This document shows positions 51,905-64,000 of a DNA stretch of 64,000 bases, piece after piece (position 1 is the first letter of the stretch; each line of letters begins with the position of its first letter). The notes under the pieces are model-generated. The model did not search any database and was not told the DNA's origin. It saw nothing but the letters and a program-made list of their open reading frames with translations. Source of the DNA: Octopus vulgaris (taxonomy: Eukaryota); NCBI GenBank assembly GCA_951406725.2, contig OX597827.1, positions 30,938,001 to 31,002,000 on the forward strand, given 5' to 3'. The position numbers and the translations under genes are program-made.

Positions 51905-52129
51905 CTTTTACTTGTTTCAATCGTTAGACTGCGTCCAAGCTGGAGCACCGCCTTCAAGAATTTGTACTCAAATGAATCAACCCCTGTTCTTTTTTTTTTT
52001 TTTACTTTCTTGAGCCTGGGACTTATTCTATCAGTCATTTTTGCTGAACCACTAAGTTACAGAGACATAAATACACCAGCAATTGGTTGGAGAAACATAG
52101 ACACAAAGATACACACACACATATACAGC

Positions 52130-52161
<32 letters not shown>

Positions 52162-52800
52162 GCACACATACACAGACACATACATACATACATACATATA
52201 CACACTCATACAAACACACATATAGGATTAGCTCCTTTCAGTTTCTATCTATCAAATCCACTCACAAGGCTTTGGTCAGCCCGGGGGGTAAAGTAGGAGA
52301 CACTCAACCAAAGTGGTCATGAAGTGGAACTGAACCCAGAACCATGTGGTTGGGAAACAAGCTTCTTACCACACAGCCATGCCTGCGCCTATTACTCTTT
52401 TACTCTTTTACTTGTTTCAGTCATTTGACTGCGGCCATGCTGGAGCACCACCTTTAATCGAGCAACTTGACCCGGGACTTATTCTTTGTAAGCCTAGTAC
52501 TTATTCTATCGGTCTCTTTTGTCGAACCGCTAAGTGACGGGGACATAAACACACCAAACAACTAGAGGGACAAACACAGACACACAAACATATACACACA
52601 CATACACATATATATATATATATATACATATATACGATGGGCTTCTTTCAGTTTCCGTCTACCAAATCCACTCACAAGGCTTTGGTCGGCTCGAGGTTAT
52701 AGTTGAAGACACTTGCCCAAGGTGCCACGCAGTGGAGCTAGACCCGGAACCATGTGGTTGGTAAGCAAGCTACTTACCACACAGCCACTCCTGCGCCTAT
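51905..52800 (-). mobile_element. Two tandem family A CORE-type SINEs
   Basis: Two complete head-to-tail copies ending in ctgcgcctat; the 52394-52800 copy is the best preserved. Confidence 0.85.
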
Positions 52801-53686
52801 GTTAATTATTTTTTCGTCAATTGGAATATTTCCAATAAACAGGGTGGCAAGATGGCGGAACCATTAACATGCTGGATAAAATTCTTATCAGCATTTCATC
52901 TGTCTTTACAAATTCTGCCAAAGTTGCCTTTGCCTTTCATCCTCTCGGGGGGTCAATAAAACAAGTACCAGTCATGCACTGGGGTCGATGTACACAACAC
53001 CTTTCAACTTCCCAGAAGACTTTCTCAAAGCTCCTTGCATAACGCTGACTACACAAAGTCTTTCGACGTCAGTTCTGAGACAAGCAATTCTAAATGTTGC
53101 TTAATCTTTCCATTAACAGCCGCTGTTAATTCAGTTTTAATATACGAATTTACAAGTTATTACGGGAATTCAGATGACTTGGTTATTTTATTTTTAGATT
53201 TTAATTATGGTTTTTTTAAGAAGTTGTTATGCAGTGTAATAAGTCAATAATTTTTCCTTGCTAAACTTGACTTCTATTCCCAAGCACCATACTCCGGAGT
53301 TTATTGATTCCGGTTTGGTTATAAATAGCTCTGTCAATCAACTTCATTGATTTTTTTTAGGTATTTTTAAATTTATCAATAATTGTAATTAGTTATAGTG
53401 AGTCTAACATGCTGGACAGCTGACCAAAGGGCCCGGAGATCAAACGCTACAATCATCATCATCATCATTTTAATGTCCTTTTTTTTTCATGTTCACATGG
53501 CTCAAACAGAATTTGTCAAGGCAGATTTTCTACAGCAAGATGCTCTTCCCTGTTGCCAACCCTCACCCGTTTCAAGGTAAAGCAATATTTCTAGACATGT
53601 TTTTACAGAAGATTTCTAATGAAGGACACTGCTTGTATGACACTGACACTCATTTACAACTATCACACAAGACCAAGTAAGGAGAC

Positions 53687-53730
<44 letters not shown>

Positions 53731-54586
53731 GTAAACCAGTTTTAACTCTGTCTACTGAATCAACTCACAAGGTTTTGGTTTGGCCTGAGCTTAAGTGCAA
53801 GATACTCGCCATGCAGTGGGACTGAACCCAGCACCTTTCAGTTGGGAGGCAAGCTTCTTACCCACACAGCCACACCTACATATATTGTATACCTTATAAT
53901 AGCCACATGACTTTCCCTACTGTACAACAGAGCTACAACTAATTTCAATTTCTTAGTCATAGCAAGGGCTTCACAGGACCCAATTCATTTAGCTTTCATT
54001 CTTGTTTTTAAAGGAGTGAAACAACAAACCTTATCTGCTTTCATTCCAACCTACCTGACAATTCCCTTGGTCTTATAATGCAAACTAAACAGTACAAACA
54101 GTGATTTTGTATTGGTTGGCAGATATAAGCACTGATCAGCAAACAGCTTTGTTTGCTGAAATTATAAACAAGGTCAGAGGCTGGTTTAGGCTCAGAAGTT
54201 CTGGTTACTTGTGGCTGACAAGAAACATGTCAAAACACTTACATCCCAGGATACTTTGCATCAATGAGTCAAATGTGTTATGAGCACACATCTGTTGTAA
54301 AAGTGAGGTGTTCTCCTGTGACATACACAACACTGACTAGCTTATTTGTGCCTGAATCTAGCAGGATGTATTAAGAATAAATACACAAATCAGTATTGGA
54401 TTAAAACTTTCCATCAAAATTTCATGTTAATATTTAAACATCAGCTTATAAAGCTATTTTATTAACTTCCTCATTGTTTTCAAAATTAATTGAAACAACT
54501 GTAGTGTTTTTCGGTAGAAATATGGTAACAAAAGGGTTAAAGTGATCTAAATTAAAACTTTCCATCAAAATTTCTTGTTAATTTCT

Positions 54587-55182
54587 TATTTCTTTATTCT
54601 CCACAAGGGCTAAACACAGAGGCGACAAATAAGGACAGACAAATGGATTAAGTCGATTACATCGACTCCAGTGCGTAACTGGTACTTATTTAATCAGCAT
54701 CAAAAGGATGAAAGGCAAAGTCGACCTCAGCAGAATTTGAACTCAGAACGTAACAGCAGACGAAATACCTATTTCTTTACTACCCACAAGGCGGCTAAAC
54801 ATAGAGGTGACAAACAAGGACAGACAAAGGGATTAAGTCAATTACATCGACCCCAGTGAGTAACTGGTACTTAATTTATCGACCCTGAAAGGTTGGAAGG
54901 CAAAGTCGACCTCAGCAGAATTTGAACTCAGAATGTAACAGCAGACGAAATACTATTTCTTTACTGCCCACAAGGGGCTACACACAGTGGGGAAAAACAA
55001 GGACAAACGGATTAAGTCGATTATATTGACCCCAGTGCGTAACTGGTACTTATTTAATCGACCCGAAAGGATGAAAGGCAAAGTCAACCTCGACGGAATT
55101 TGAACTCAGAACGTAGCGGCAGACGAAATACCGCTAAGCATTTTCACTTGGCGTGCTAACGTTTCTGCCACCTCACCACCTT
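54587..55182 (-). mobile_element. Family B SINE with its body triplicated in tandem (about 185-bp units)
   Basis: Three units tatttcttta..cccacaag..catcgaccccagtg..gaatttgaactcagaa..gacgaaatac, with a single 5' head at 55130-55182. Confidence 0.85.
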
Positions 55183-55198
55183 CTCGTTAATTTCTGTT

Positions 55199-55787
55199 TG
55201 AACATTTAACGTGGTTTTATAGTCAGAATTTCGACTGCTATTTCGGCATGTTGGTGTCTTTTAGACACCCTCATTTTGCTAATGTATTGTCTTTTAGACA
55301 CCCTCAAATTGTTAAAAATTTTTTTACCTTTGTAGGTATTTCTTTCATGCTGGCCACTTGATAATTTTGACACTTAAATATCGATATTATCCTCATATAT
55401 AAATTTATATAATTTGTTATTATATTCACTGCGGAGCTTATTTTAACCATATCGTAATTATGCGGTGATTTGGCGGGCAATTCAAACTGGATGTGTCCAT
55501 ACGTGCATATATGTATGTACGTCGCTCGTATATGTAAGTATATCGATTTGCTTTGTGCATATATATATCTGTATTTATGTACCCTTGATATATTCAATTG
55601 ATGACGGTAAAGCTTATTTAAAGCAGAACCAGAAATCCTTGGATCTTGAATTATTCAATAATTTTTGCTTGTATGTTTTGTCCCTCCGCTTTACCTCATG
55701 GTGCGATATGAACATTTAACGTGGTTTTATAGTCAGAATTTCGACTGCTATTTCGGCATGTTGGTGTCTTTTAGACACCCTCATTTT
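55199..55787 (+). mobile_element. Retrozyme/Penelope-pLTR-like non-coding element: 510-bp unit with 79-bp direct terminal repeats and a hammerhead motif
   Basis: Identical repeats at 55199-55277 and 55709-55787; HHR fold at 55592-55651; no credible ORF. Confidence 0.65.
55592..55651 (+). ncRNA. Type I hammerhead ribozyme motif with U3 core variant
   Basis: Stem I attcaa/ttgaat; core TTGATGA 55598-55604; stem II (c)ggt..gctt/aagc..acc(a); GAAA 55632-55635; stem III atcc-tt-ggat; cleavage C at 55645. Confidence 0.68.
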
Positions 55788-55798
55788 TAATTATATAT

Positions 55799-55898
55799 NN
55801 NNNNNNNNNNNNNNNNNNNNNNNNNNNNNNNNNNNNNNNNNNNNNNNNNNNNNNNNNNNNNNNNNNNNNNNNNNNNNNNNNNNNNNNNNNNNNNNNNN
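55799..55898. other. Assembly gap (100 N)
   Basis: Run of N. Confidence 1.
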
Positions 55899-57647
55899 TT
55901 ATTAAATAAAACAGTGTCTCAAATGAACTTCAAGTTCATAACAGATTAAACTTTTAAAAAGCGTTTAGAATCTGGAGTTACTTCCCCTTGTAGTTTATCT
56001 AACTTTCGTAGATGAATTTTTTTCTTCTTTTCCTTTCATTTCATATTTGTTAAAATTTCAATTAAAACTGTAACATTCTGTATATCAAAATCACATCTAA
56101 ATAGACATGGAATCGAAAGATAAATATATTTGTAAAAATATTAGAAAAATATCCTTAAATTAATCTTTTAGTTCTTTTAAAAATTAAATTTTGATTTGAG
56201 TAAGATTTTCAATTTTTAATTCTTTCTTTCTTTTTCAACTTCTATAAAATTTTTATTTCTGAAGACATTTCTGATTTCACTGTTTGAAATTATGACAAAA
56301 TGAATAAAAATGCACAAAATAATGAAATCAAAAGCCAAATCTTGAGTTCTCCTTTCTGGGTTTATTTACTTATAATGACATTTATTTCCTCAACAAATAG
56401 GAGCAGGCGTGGCTGTGTGGTAAGAAGCTTGCTTCCCAACCACATTGTTCCATAGTACCGCATGACACATTGGGCAAATGTCTTCTACTACAGCCTTAGG
56501 CCAACCAAAGCCTTGTGGGTGGATTTGGTAGACGGAAACAGAAAGAAGACAATCATTATGTATATATATCATCATCATCATCATCATCATCGTCGTCGTC
56601 GTCGTTTAACGCCCGCTTTCCATGCTGGCATGGGTTGGACAGTTTGACTGACGACTGGCGAGCCAGAAGGCTGCACCCGGCTCCAATCTGATCTGGCAAA
56701 GTTTCTGTATGCATGTGTATGTGTGTGTCTTTGTATCTGTATTTGTCCCCCTCCACCATCGCTTGACAACTGATGTTGATGTGTTTCTGTCCATGTAACC
56801 TAGCGGTTTGATAAAAGAGTGATAGAACAAGTCCTGGGGTTGATTTCTTTGACTAAAAATCCCTTTAAGTTGGTGCTCCAGCATGGCTGAAACAAGTGAA
56901 AGAATAAAACAATAAACGGAGAGAATTGCTTGCAGAAGGACACAGTGTGTGTGTACCAGTTATTGATGGATGGAAAGAGAGTCCCCTAACCCCCAAAAGC
57001 ATGTTGTGAGTGATGGTAGCTGCTGTTGTTGTTGTTGCTGCTGGTGAATGTAAATATATTTCTTGGGTCACGTGAAGAAGTAACTAACAACACTTGCAAA
57101 CAATTATTAAAGCTCATAGAGTTTTAACTGTGTTGGTCTTCTACAAATAATAATTTCTACTCTAGGCACAAGGCCTTGAAAATTTTTTGAGGGGAAAAGG
57201 ACTAGTCAATTACATCAACCCCAGTACTTCACTGGTATTTAATTCATCGACCCCGAAAGGATAAAAGGTAAACTTGACTTCAACGGAATTTGAACTCAGA
57301 ATAAAGTGACAGGCAAAATACTACTTAGCATTTCATCCAGCATGCCAACGATTCAGCCTGCTTGCCATCTTGGTCCTCTATTAATAATAACAATAACAGC
57401 AATAGTTCCATACCAGGAGAGATGGAAAAACTGCTACACCAAAAAAAGTAACTTATGAGATGAGACATTATGTCAGTGTTTTGATCAGTCTGTCCAGGAG
57501 TGGCTGTGTGATAAGTAGCTTACTTACCAACCACATGGTTCCAGGTTCAGTCCCACTGCATGGCACCTTGGGCAAGTGTCTTCTACTATAGCCTTGGGCC
57601 AACCAAAACCTTGTGAGTGGATTTGGTAGATGGAAATTGAAAGAAGC

Positions 57648-57691
<44 letters not shown>

Positions 57692-60147
57692 ATATATATT
57701 TGTGTATCTGTATTTGTCCCCCCAACATCGCTTGACAACCAATGCTGGTGTGTTTATGTCCTCATCACTCAGCGGTTCGGCAAGAGAGACTGATAGAATA
57801 AGTACTAGGCTTACAAAGAATAAGTCCTGGGGTCGATTTGCTAGACTAAAGGCAGTGCTCCAGCATGGCCACAGTCAAATGACTGAAACAAATAAAAGAA
57901 TAAGAACCTGGAGATGTCTGTGCAAATGTCCCTGGCAAGAGTGGAGGGGTATTTTACTCAGCCACTTTCAGTACTCTGCAATCATGAGAGGCGAGATGTG
58001 TGAACGAGCTGACTGGTCTCAATGATCTGCAAGGAGTTAAGGTAGCAGAAGTGGCACTTCTATAGGGCACAGAGAGAAAATTCTAGAAAATTGAATCACA
58101 CAGTGGCTCAATGCTGACTGGCTGTTTTGCAGACCTATTGTATGAAACTGCTGTGGCTTGGTCATGATGTCTGACTGGGTATCCAGAGATTTGGTTCCAA
58201 ATCACTGCTACAAGATCTAATTAAGGCCCCAGTTTCATGTAGTGCAGTGGTTTTAAATCTGGATGGCAATGCTCTATGGAGGCTCACAATGGAGAGGCAA
58301 CTGGCAAGGGAGGAACTACGGAGGATGCTGGATGTTTAAATGGGTAAAGATTTTGAAAATAAAATATAACCCTTTCAATATAAACCCACCTGAAACCATC
58401 GTTGGTCCTATGAGACAAACCTCCTGTTTTAAAGTGTTGTTGTTTGTTTCTTCGCGAGCCTTGCCTGGCTTATAAGGACCAGTTTCCAACTTTCATTGGT
58501 GTGTAGCTTCCCCACCTGGATGGGACGCCAGTCCATCACAGGAGGAAAGAGTGAGAGAAAGTTGTGGCAAAGTGTCAGCAGAAGTTCACCATTACCTTCT
58601 GCTGGAGCTGTGTGGAGCTTAGGTGTTTTACTCATAAACACACACATCACCCGGTCAGAGATTTGAACCCATGATCCCTCGGCTGAAAGTCCGCTGCTCT
58701 AACCACTAGCCCACGTGCCTCCACTGTTTTAAAATGATTTACATTAAAACCTTCCATCAAATTTTCAAGTTAATTTATGTTCCAAATGCCAACTTAATAA
58801 TGATAATGTTATTTTATTATTTATTATATTCAAAATTTATTAAAACATAGCAGTGTATTTTAATAGAAATATGATAACAAAAGGGTTAAAATAATCTTTT
58901 CTACTCTAGGCACAAAGCCTGAAATTTTTGGGACGGGGCCAGTCAATTAGATTGACCCCAGTACTTGACTGGTACTTAATTTATCGACCCCAAATGGAGA
59001 AAGGCTAAGTCGACCTTGGCAGAATTTGAACTCAAAGCATAAAGATAGACAAAATACCGCTAAGCATTTCACCACTCATTATGCTAATGTTTCTGCCAGC
59101 TTGCTGCCTTAGCGTTAAAGTGATGTGAATTAAAACTTCCATTATTTCATGTAAATTTAAGGCAGTGAGCTGGTAGAACTGTTAGCATGCTGGGAAAAAT
59201 ACTTTGTGACATTTCGTCCATCTTTATGTTCTGAGTTCAAATTCTGCTGAGGCCGACTTTGCCCTTCCTCCTTTCAGGGTCAATAAAATAAGTACCAGTT
59301 GAATGCTGGGGTTGATGTAATCAACTCAATCTCATCCCCCCAAAATTGCTGGCCTTGTGCTAAAATCTGAAACTATTATTTTATGTTAATTTATATTCCA
59401 GCTCAATAATGGCAAAATTTTTTTACCCAATTTCTTCATTATTTTGAAAATAAATTGAAACAAAAGTAATAGAATGATAGTAATGAAAGGATTAACAGGA
59501 AGAATACTTATATTTGAAATACATCTTCAAAAAAAAGTTTATACCAAGAATGAAAATCAGTCCTTCATTTGGTTCTTGAAAATCCAACATTGAGAACTGG
59601 TCGAAAAGCAGTAATATTCTTTTGTAGTTTCTGTAAAAAATTGAGGTAGAGAGCATTAGTTTATACAAACATTTAAAAGAAGGAGCTACATGTTTCACTG
59701 AAAATAATTTGCTGTGTTTTTTTGTGTTTTTTGTAAACCAAACTGATGATTAGAAAAGAGTAACTCTGTGTATAGGAAATTTGAAGCTATTCAGTTATAA
59801 TGTATTTTATATATATATATATATATATTTCTTTACTGCCCACAAGGGGCTAAACACAGAGGAGACAAACAAGGACAGACAAAGGGATTAAGTCAATTAC
59901 ATCGACCCCAGTGCATAACTGGTACTTAATTTATCGACCCCGGAAGGATGAAAGGCAAAGTCGACCTCGGCGGAATTTGAACTCGGAACGTAACGGCAGA
60001 CGAAATACGGTAACGTATTTCACCTGGCATGCTAACGTTTCTGCCAGCTCGCCGCCTTTTATTTATATGTATATATATATATATATATATTCGTCCACCA
60101 GAGAGAGCAGCCAGAACTCAAACCGCCAAGCAGTAGTAATTCAGAAA

Positions 60148-60157
60148 TATATATATG

Positions 60158-60188
<31 letters not shown>

Positions 60189-60189
60189 G

Positions 60190-60238
<49 letters not shown>

Positions 60239-60363
60239 ATATGTATGTATATATATATGTATGTATATATATATGTATATATATATATGTATATATATGT
60301 ATGCATATGTATGCATATGTATATATATGTATATATATGTATGTATATATATATATATGTATG

Positions 60364-60396
<33 letters not shown>

Positions 60397-60493
60397 GTGT
60401 GTATATATATATATATATATGTATATGTATATATGTATATGTATATATATGTATATATGTATATGTATATATATATGTATATGTATATATATG

Positions 60494-60526
<33 letters not shown>

Positions 60527-60571
60527 ATACATATATACATATATATACATATACATATATATATATGTATG

Positions 60572-60606
<35 letters not shown>

Positions 60607-60609
60607 ATG

Positions 60610-60684
<75 letters not shown>

Positions 60685-60687
60685 ATG

Positions 60688-60758
<71 letters not shown>

Positions 60759-60792
60759 GTATATATATATATATGTATATATATATATGTAT

Positions 60793-60837
<45 letters not shown>

Positions 60838-61045
60838 TATATATATATGTATATATATATGTATGTATATATATATATGTATATATATATGTATGTATAT
60901 ATATATGTATGTATATATATATGTATATATATATATATGTATGTATATATATATGTATGTATATATATATGTATGTATATATATATGTATGTATATATAT
61001 ATATATATGTGTATATATATATATGTATGTATATATATATATATG

Positions 61046-61116
<71 letters not shown>

Positions 61117-61139
61117 ATATATGTGTATATATATATATG

Positions 61140-61199
<60 letters not shown>

Positions 61200-61230
61200 G
61201 TATGTATATATATATATATATGTGTATATA

Positions 61231-61305
<75 letters not shown>

Positions 61306-61312
61306 TTTTTTT
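60148..61312. repeat. About 1.1-kb (TA)n/(TATG)n microsatellite ending in poly-T
   Basis: Direct reading. It produces the spurious YI-repeat ORFs. Similar tracts occur at 8283-8453, 10580-10765, 24150-24500, 61526-61700 and 63682-64000. Confidence 0.98.
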
Positions 61313-61531
61313 GTACTTGTTTCAGTCATTTGACTGCGGCCATGCTGGAGCACCGCCTTTAGAGTGGTGAAAGAGTACAGCAGGGATCACCATCCCCTGC
61401 CGGAGCCTCGTGGAGCTTTTAGGTGTTTTCGCTCAATAAACACACACAACGCCCGGTCTGGGAATCGAAACCGAGATCCTACGACCGCAAGTCCGCTGCC
61501 CTAACCACTGGGCCATTGCGCCTCCTATATA

Positions 61532-61690
<159 letters not shown>

Positions 61691-61700
61691 GTATATATAT

Positions 61701-63679
61701 ATAACTACAGAGGTATCAGAGGTATCAAATAACTACAGAGGTATCAAGCTGTTGGACCAGGTGATGAAGGTTACAGAGAGGGTCATAGCCCAACTAATTA
61801 GAGAGAGAGTTAGTTTAGATGAGATGCAGTTTGGGTTTGTGCCAGGGAAAAGTACTACTGATGCTATATTCCTGGTAAGGCAGCTGCAGGAGAAATACCT
61901 AGCCAAAGATAAGCCCCTGTACCTGGCTTTTGTTGACATGGAGAAAGCCTTCGACAGGGTCCCCCGATCCCTTATCTGGTGGGCAATGAGAAAACTAGGG
62001 ATAGATGAATGGTTAGTGAGAGCTGTGCGGGCCATGTATAGGGACGCCGCTAGTAGGGTGAGGGTTGGAAATGAGTACAGTGAAGAATTCCGGGTAGAGG
62101 TAGGGGTCCACCAAGGCTCAGTACTCAGCCCCCTCCTATTTATCATAGTCCTCCAGGCAATAACGGAGGAATTCAAGACAGGATGCCCTTGGGAGCTCCT
62201 CTATGCTGATGACCTTGCTCTAATTGCTGAGTCGCTATCAGAACTGGAGGAGAAGTTTCAGGTGTGGAAACAAGGATTAGAATCGAAGGGCCTTAGAGTC
62301 AATCTAGCTAAAACCAAAGTCGTAATCAGTAGGAAGGTTGACAAATCACAAACACCTTCAGGTAGATGGCCCTGCTCGATCTGTAGAAAAGGTGTAGGTA
62401 GAAACTCTATAAGATGCACCAAGTGTAAGCTATGGACACATAAGAGATGCAGCAATGTCAAAGGAAGGCTAACTAGGAAGATGGTTTTTGTATGTGGCAG
62501 ATGCTCAGGAACAATAAACACTGAAAATGCTCTGAGACCAACTTCTGTCACTTTCCAGGGAGAAAAACTAGAAATAGTTGATAGTTTCCGTTACCTAGGT
62601 GACCAAGTCAGCAGCGGGGGCGGGTGTGCTGAAAGTGTAACTGCTAGAGTAAGAATAGCTTGGGCAAAGTTCAGAGAGCTCTTACCTCTGCTGGTGACAA
62701 AAGGCCTCTCGCACAGAGTGAAAGGCAGACTGTATGATGCGTGTGTACGAACAGCCATGCTACATGGCAGTGAAACATGGGCCGTGACTGCTGAGGATAT
62801 GCGTAAGCTCGCTAGAAATGAAGCCAGTATGCTCCGATGGATGTGTAATGTCAGTACTCACACTCGGCAGAGTGTAAGTACCTTGAGAGAAAAGCTGGAC
62901 CTAAGAAGCATCAGTTGTGGTGTGCAAGAGACGTTTGCGCTGGTATGGTCATGTGGCGAGAATGGATGAAGATAGTTGTGTGAAAAAGTGCCACGCCCTA
63001 GCGGTTGAGGGAACCTGTGGAAGAGGCAGACCCAGGAAAACCTGGGACGAGGTGGTGAAGCACGACCTTCGAACTTTAGGTCTCACTGAGGAAATGACTA
63101 GAGACCGAGACCTCTGGAAGTGTGCTGTGCGCGAGAAGACCCGGCAGGACAAGTGAGTCCACAACCCGTGGCCTTCTACATGGGATGGAGCCAGCCTACG
63201 TATGCATACCTTCCCTTCTTGGGACACAAAACTCTACTTGTGAAGACGTGTTGAGGCAAGTGAGGATCAGAATCGAAATCGATCAATGGAAATTGCGGAT
63301 GTGCTACCAGTGCCGGTGGCATGTCGAAACTCTGCTTGTGAAGACCCATTGAGGCAAGTGAGGATCAGAATCGAAATCGATCAATGGAAATCGATCAATG
63401 GAAATTGCAGATGTGTTACCAGTGCCGGTGGCATGTAAGAGAACTTTCCGTTTCGCGACCGTTGCCAGCACCGCCCCGTTTCGTGTCCGTTGCCAGCCTC
63501 GCCTGGCCCTCGTGCCGGTGGCACATAAAAAGCACCATCCGTTCGTGGCCGTTTGCCAGCTCTGTCTAGTGGTTGGCGTTAGGAAGGGCATCCAGCCGTA
63601 GAAACACTGCCAGATTTGACTGGGCCTGATGAAGCCTTCTGGCTTCACAGACCCCAGCAGAACCGTCCAACCCATGCTA

Positions 63680-63683
<4 letters not shown>
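61701..63683 (+). mobile_element. 5'-truncated young RTE-clade LINE inserted in (TA)n
   Basis: ORF 61671-62969 [15 protein letters not shown]-like finger..HGSETW, with a single frameshift into 62917-63156. The 3' UTR matches the copy at 8830-9160. Confidence 0.93.
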
Positions 63684-63722
<39 letters not shown>

Positions 63723-63723
63723 C

Positions 63724-63833
<110 letters not shown>

Positions 63834-63887
63834 GTATATATATACATATATATATATATATGTATATATATATATGTATATATATAC

Positions 63888-64000
<113 letters not shown>

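Noticed and set aside
53000-53400. Possible coding remnant or structured RNA (several short hairpins; minus-strand ELTAAVNGKIKQHLELLVSELTSKDFV)
   Set aside because: Interrupted by stops, with no recognisable motif, splice signals or ribozyme core.
54197-54236. HHR-like ctggtta-cttgt(ggctg)acaa-gaaacatgtc
   Set aside because: Two core substitutions, a register conflict at G12 and almost no stem I; compatible with chance.
54587-55182. CRISPR-like array
   Set aside because: The units are whole roughly 185-bp SINE bodies without unique spacers, the context is eukaryotic, and there are no cas genes.
63626-63650. ctgatga followed by the hairpin agcc/ggct
   Set aside because: No GAAA or stem III follows. 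It is a variant of the common RTE tail sequence.

Overview
Eukaryotic, AT-rich, repeat-saturated DNA. The SINE/LINE repertoire and the abundance of (TA)n/(CA)n/(CAT)n tracts suggest a coleoid cephalopod, probably Octopus (inference). Most of the window is transposon material: a Tx1/L1-like LINE, a near-complete CR1-like LINE, several RTE LINEs carrying a C4HC3 PHD-like finger, HERO-like, Jockey/CR1 and Tx1 remnants, three Tc1/mariner relics, piggyBac and hAT MITEs, a Helitron-like element and four tRNA-derived SINE families. One probable host gene lies on the minus strand (CDS 25150-26280). It encodes an orphan 376-aa protein built of about 45 degenerate M-Y-x-(S/T)-P-x-x-Q octapeptides, with a CRE/E-box promoter candidate near 29.5 kb. 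The most notable signal is invisible in the ORF track: several unrelated short non-coding units, mostly beside (TA)n tracts, each contain a type I hammerhead ribozyme (HHR) fold. These are a canonical HHR at 3357-3402, a G3-C8 swapped-core variant at 10517-10567 (minus), one locked in a rod-like hairpin at 36829-36921, and a U3 variant inside a 510-bp unit with 79-bp direct repeats at 55592-55651. Together they point to a diverse set of retrozyme/Penelope-pLTR-like self-cleaving mobile RNAs. All calls were made by eye. No folding program or database search was run, and the boundaries of decayed repeats are approximate.
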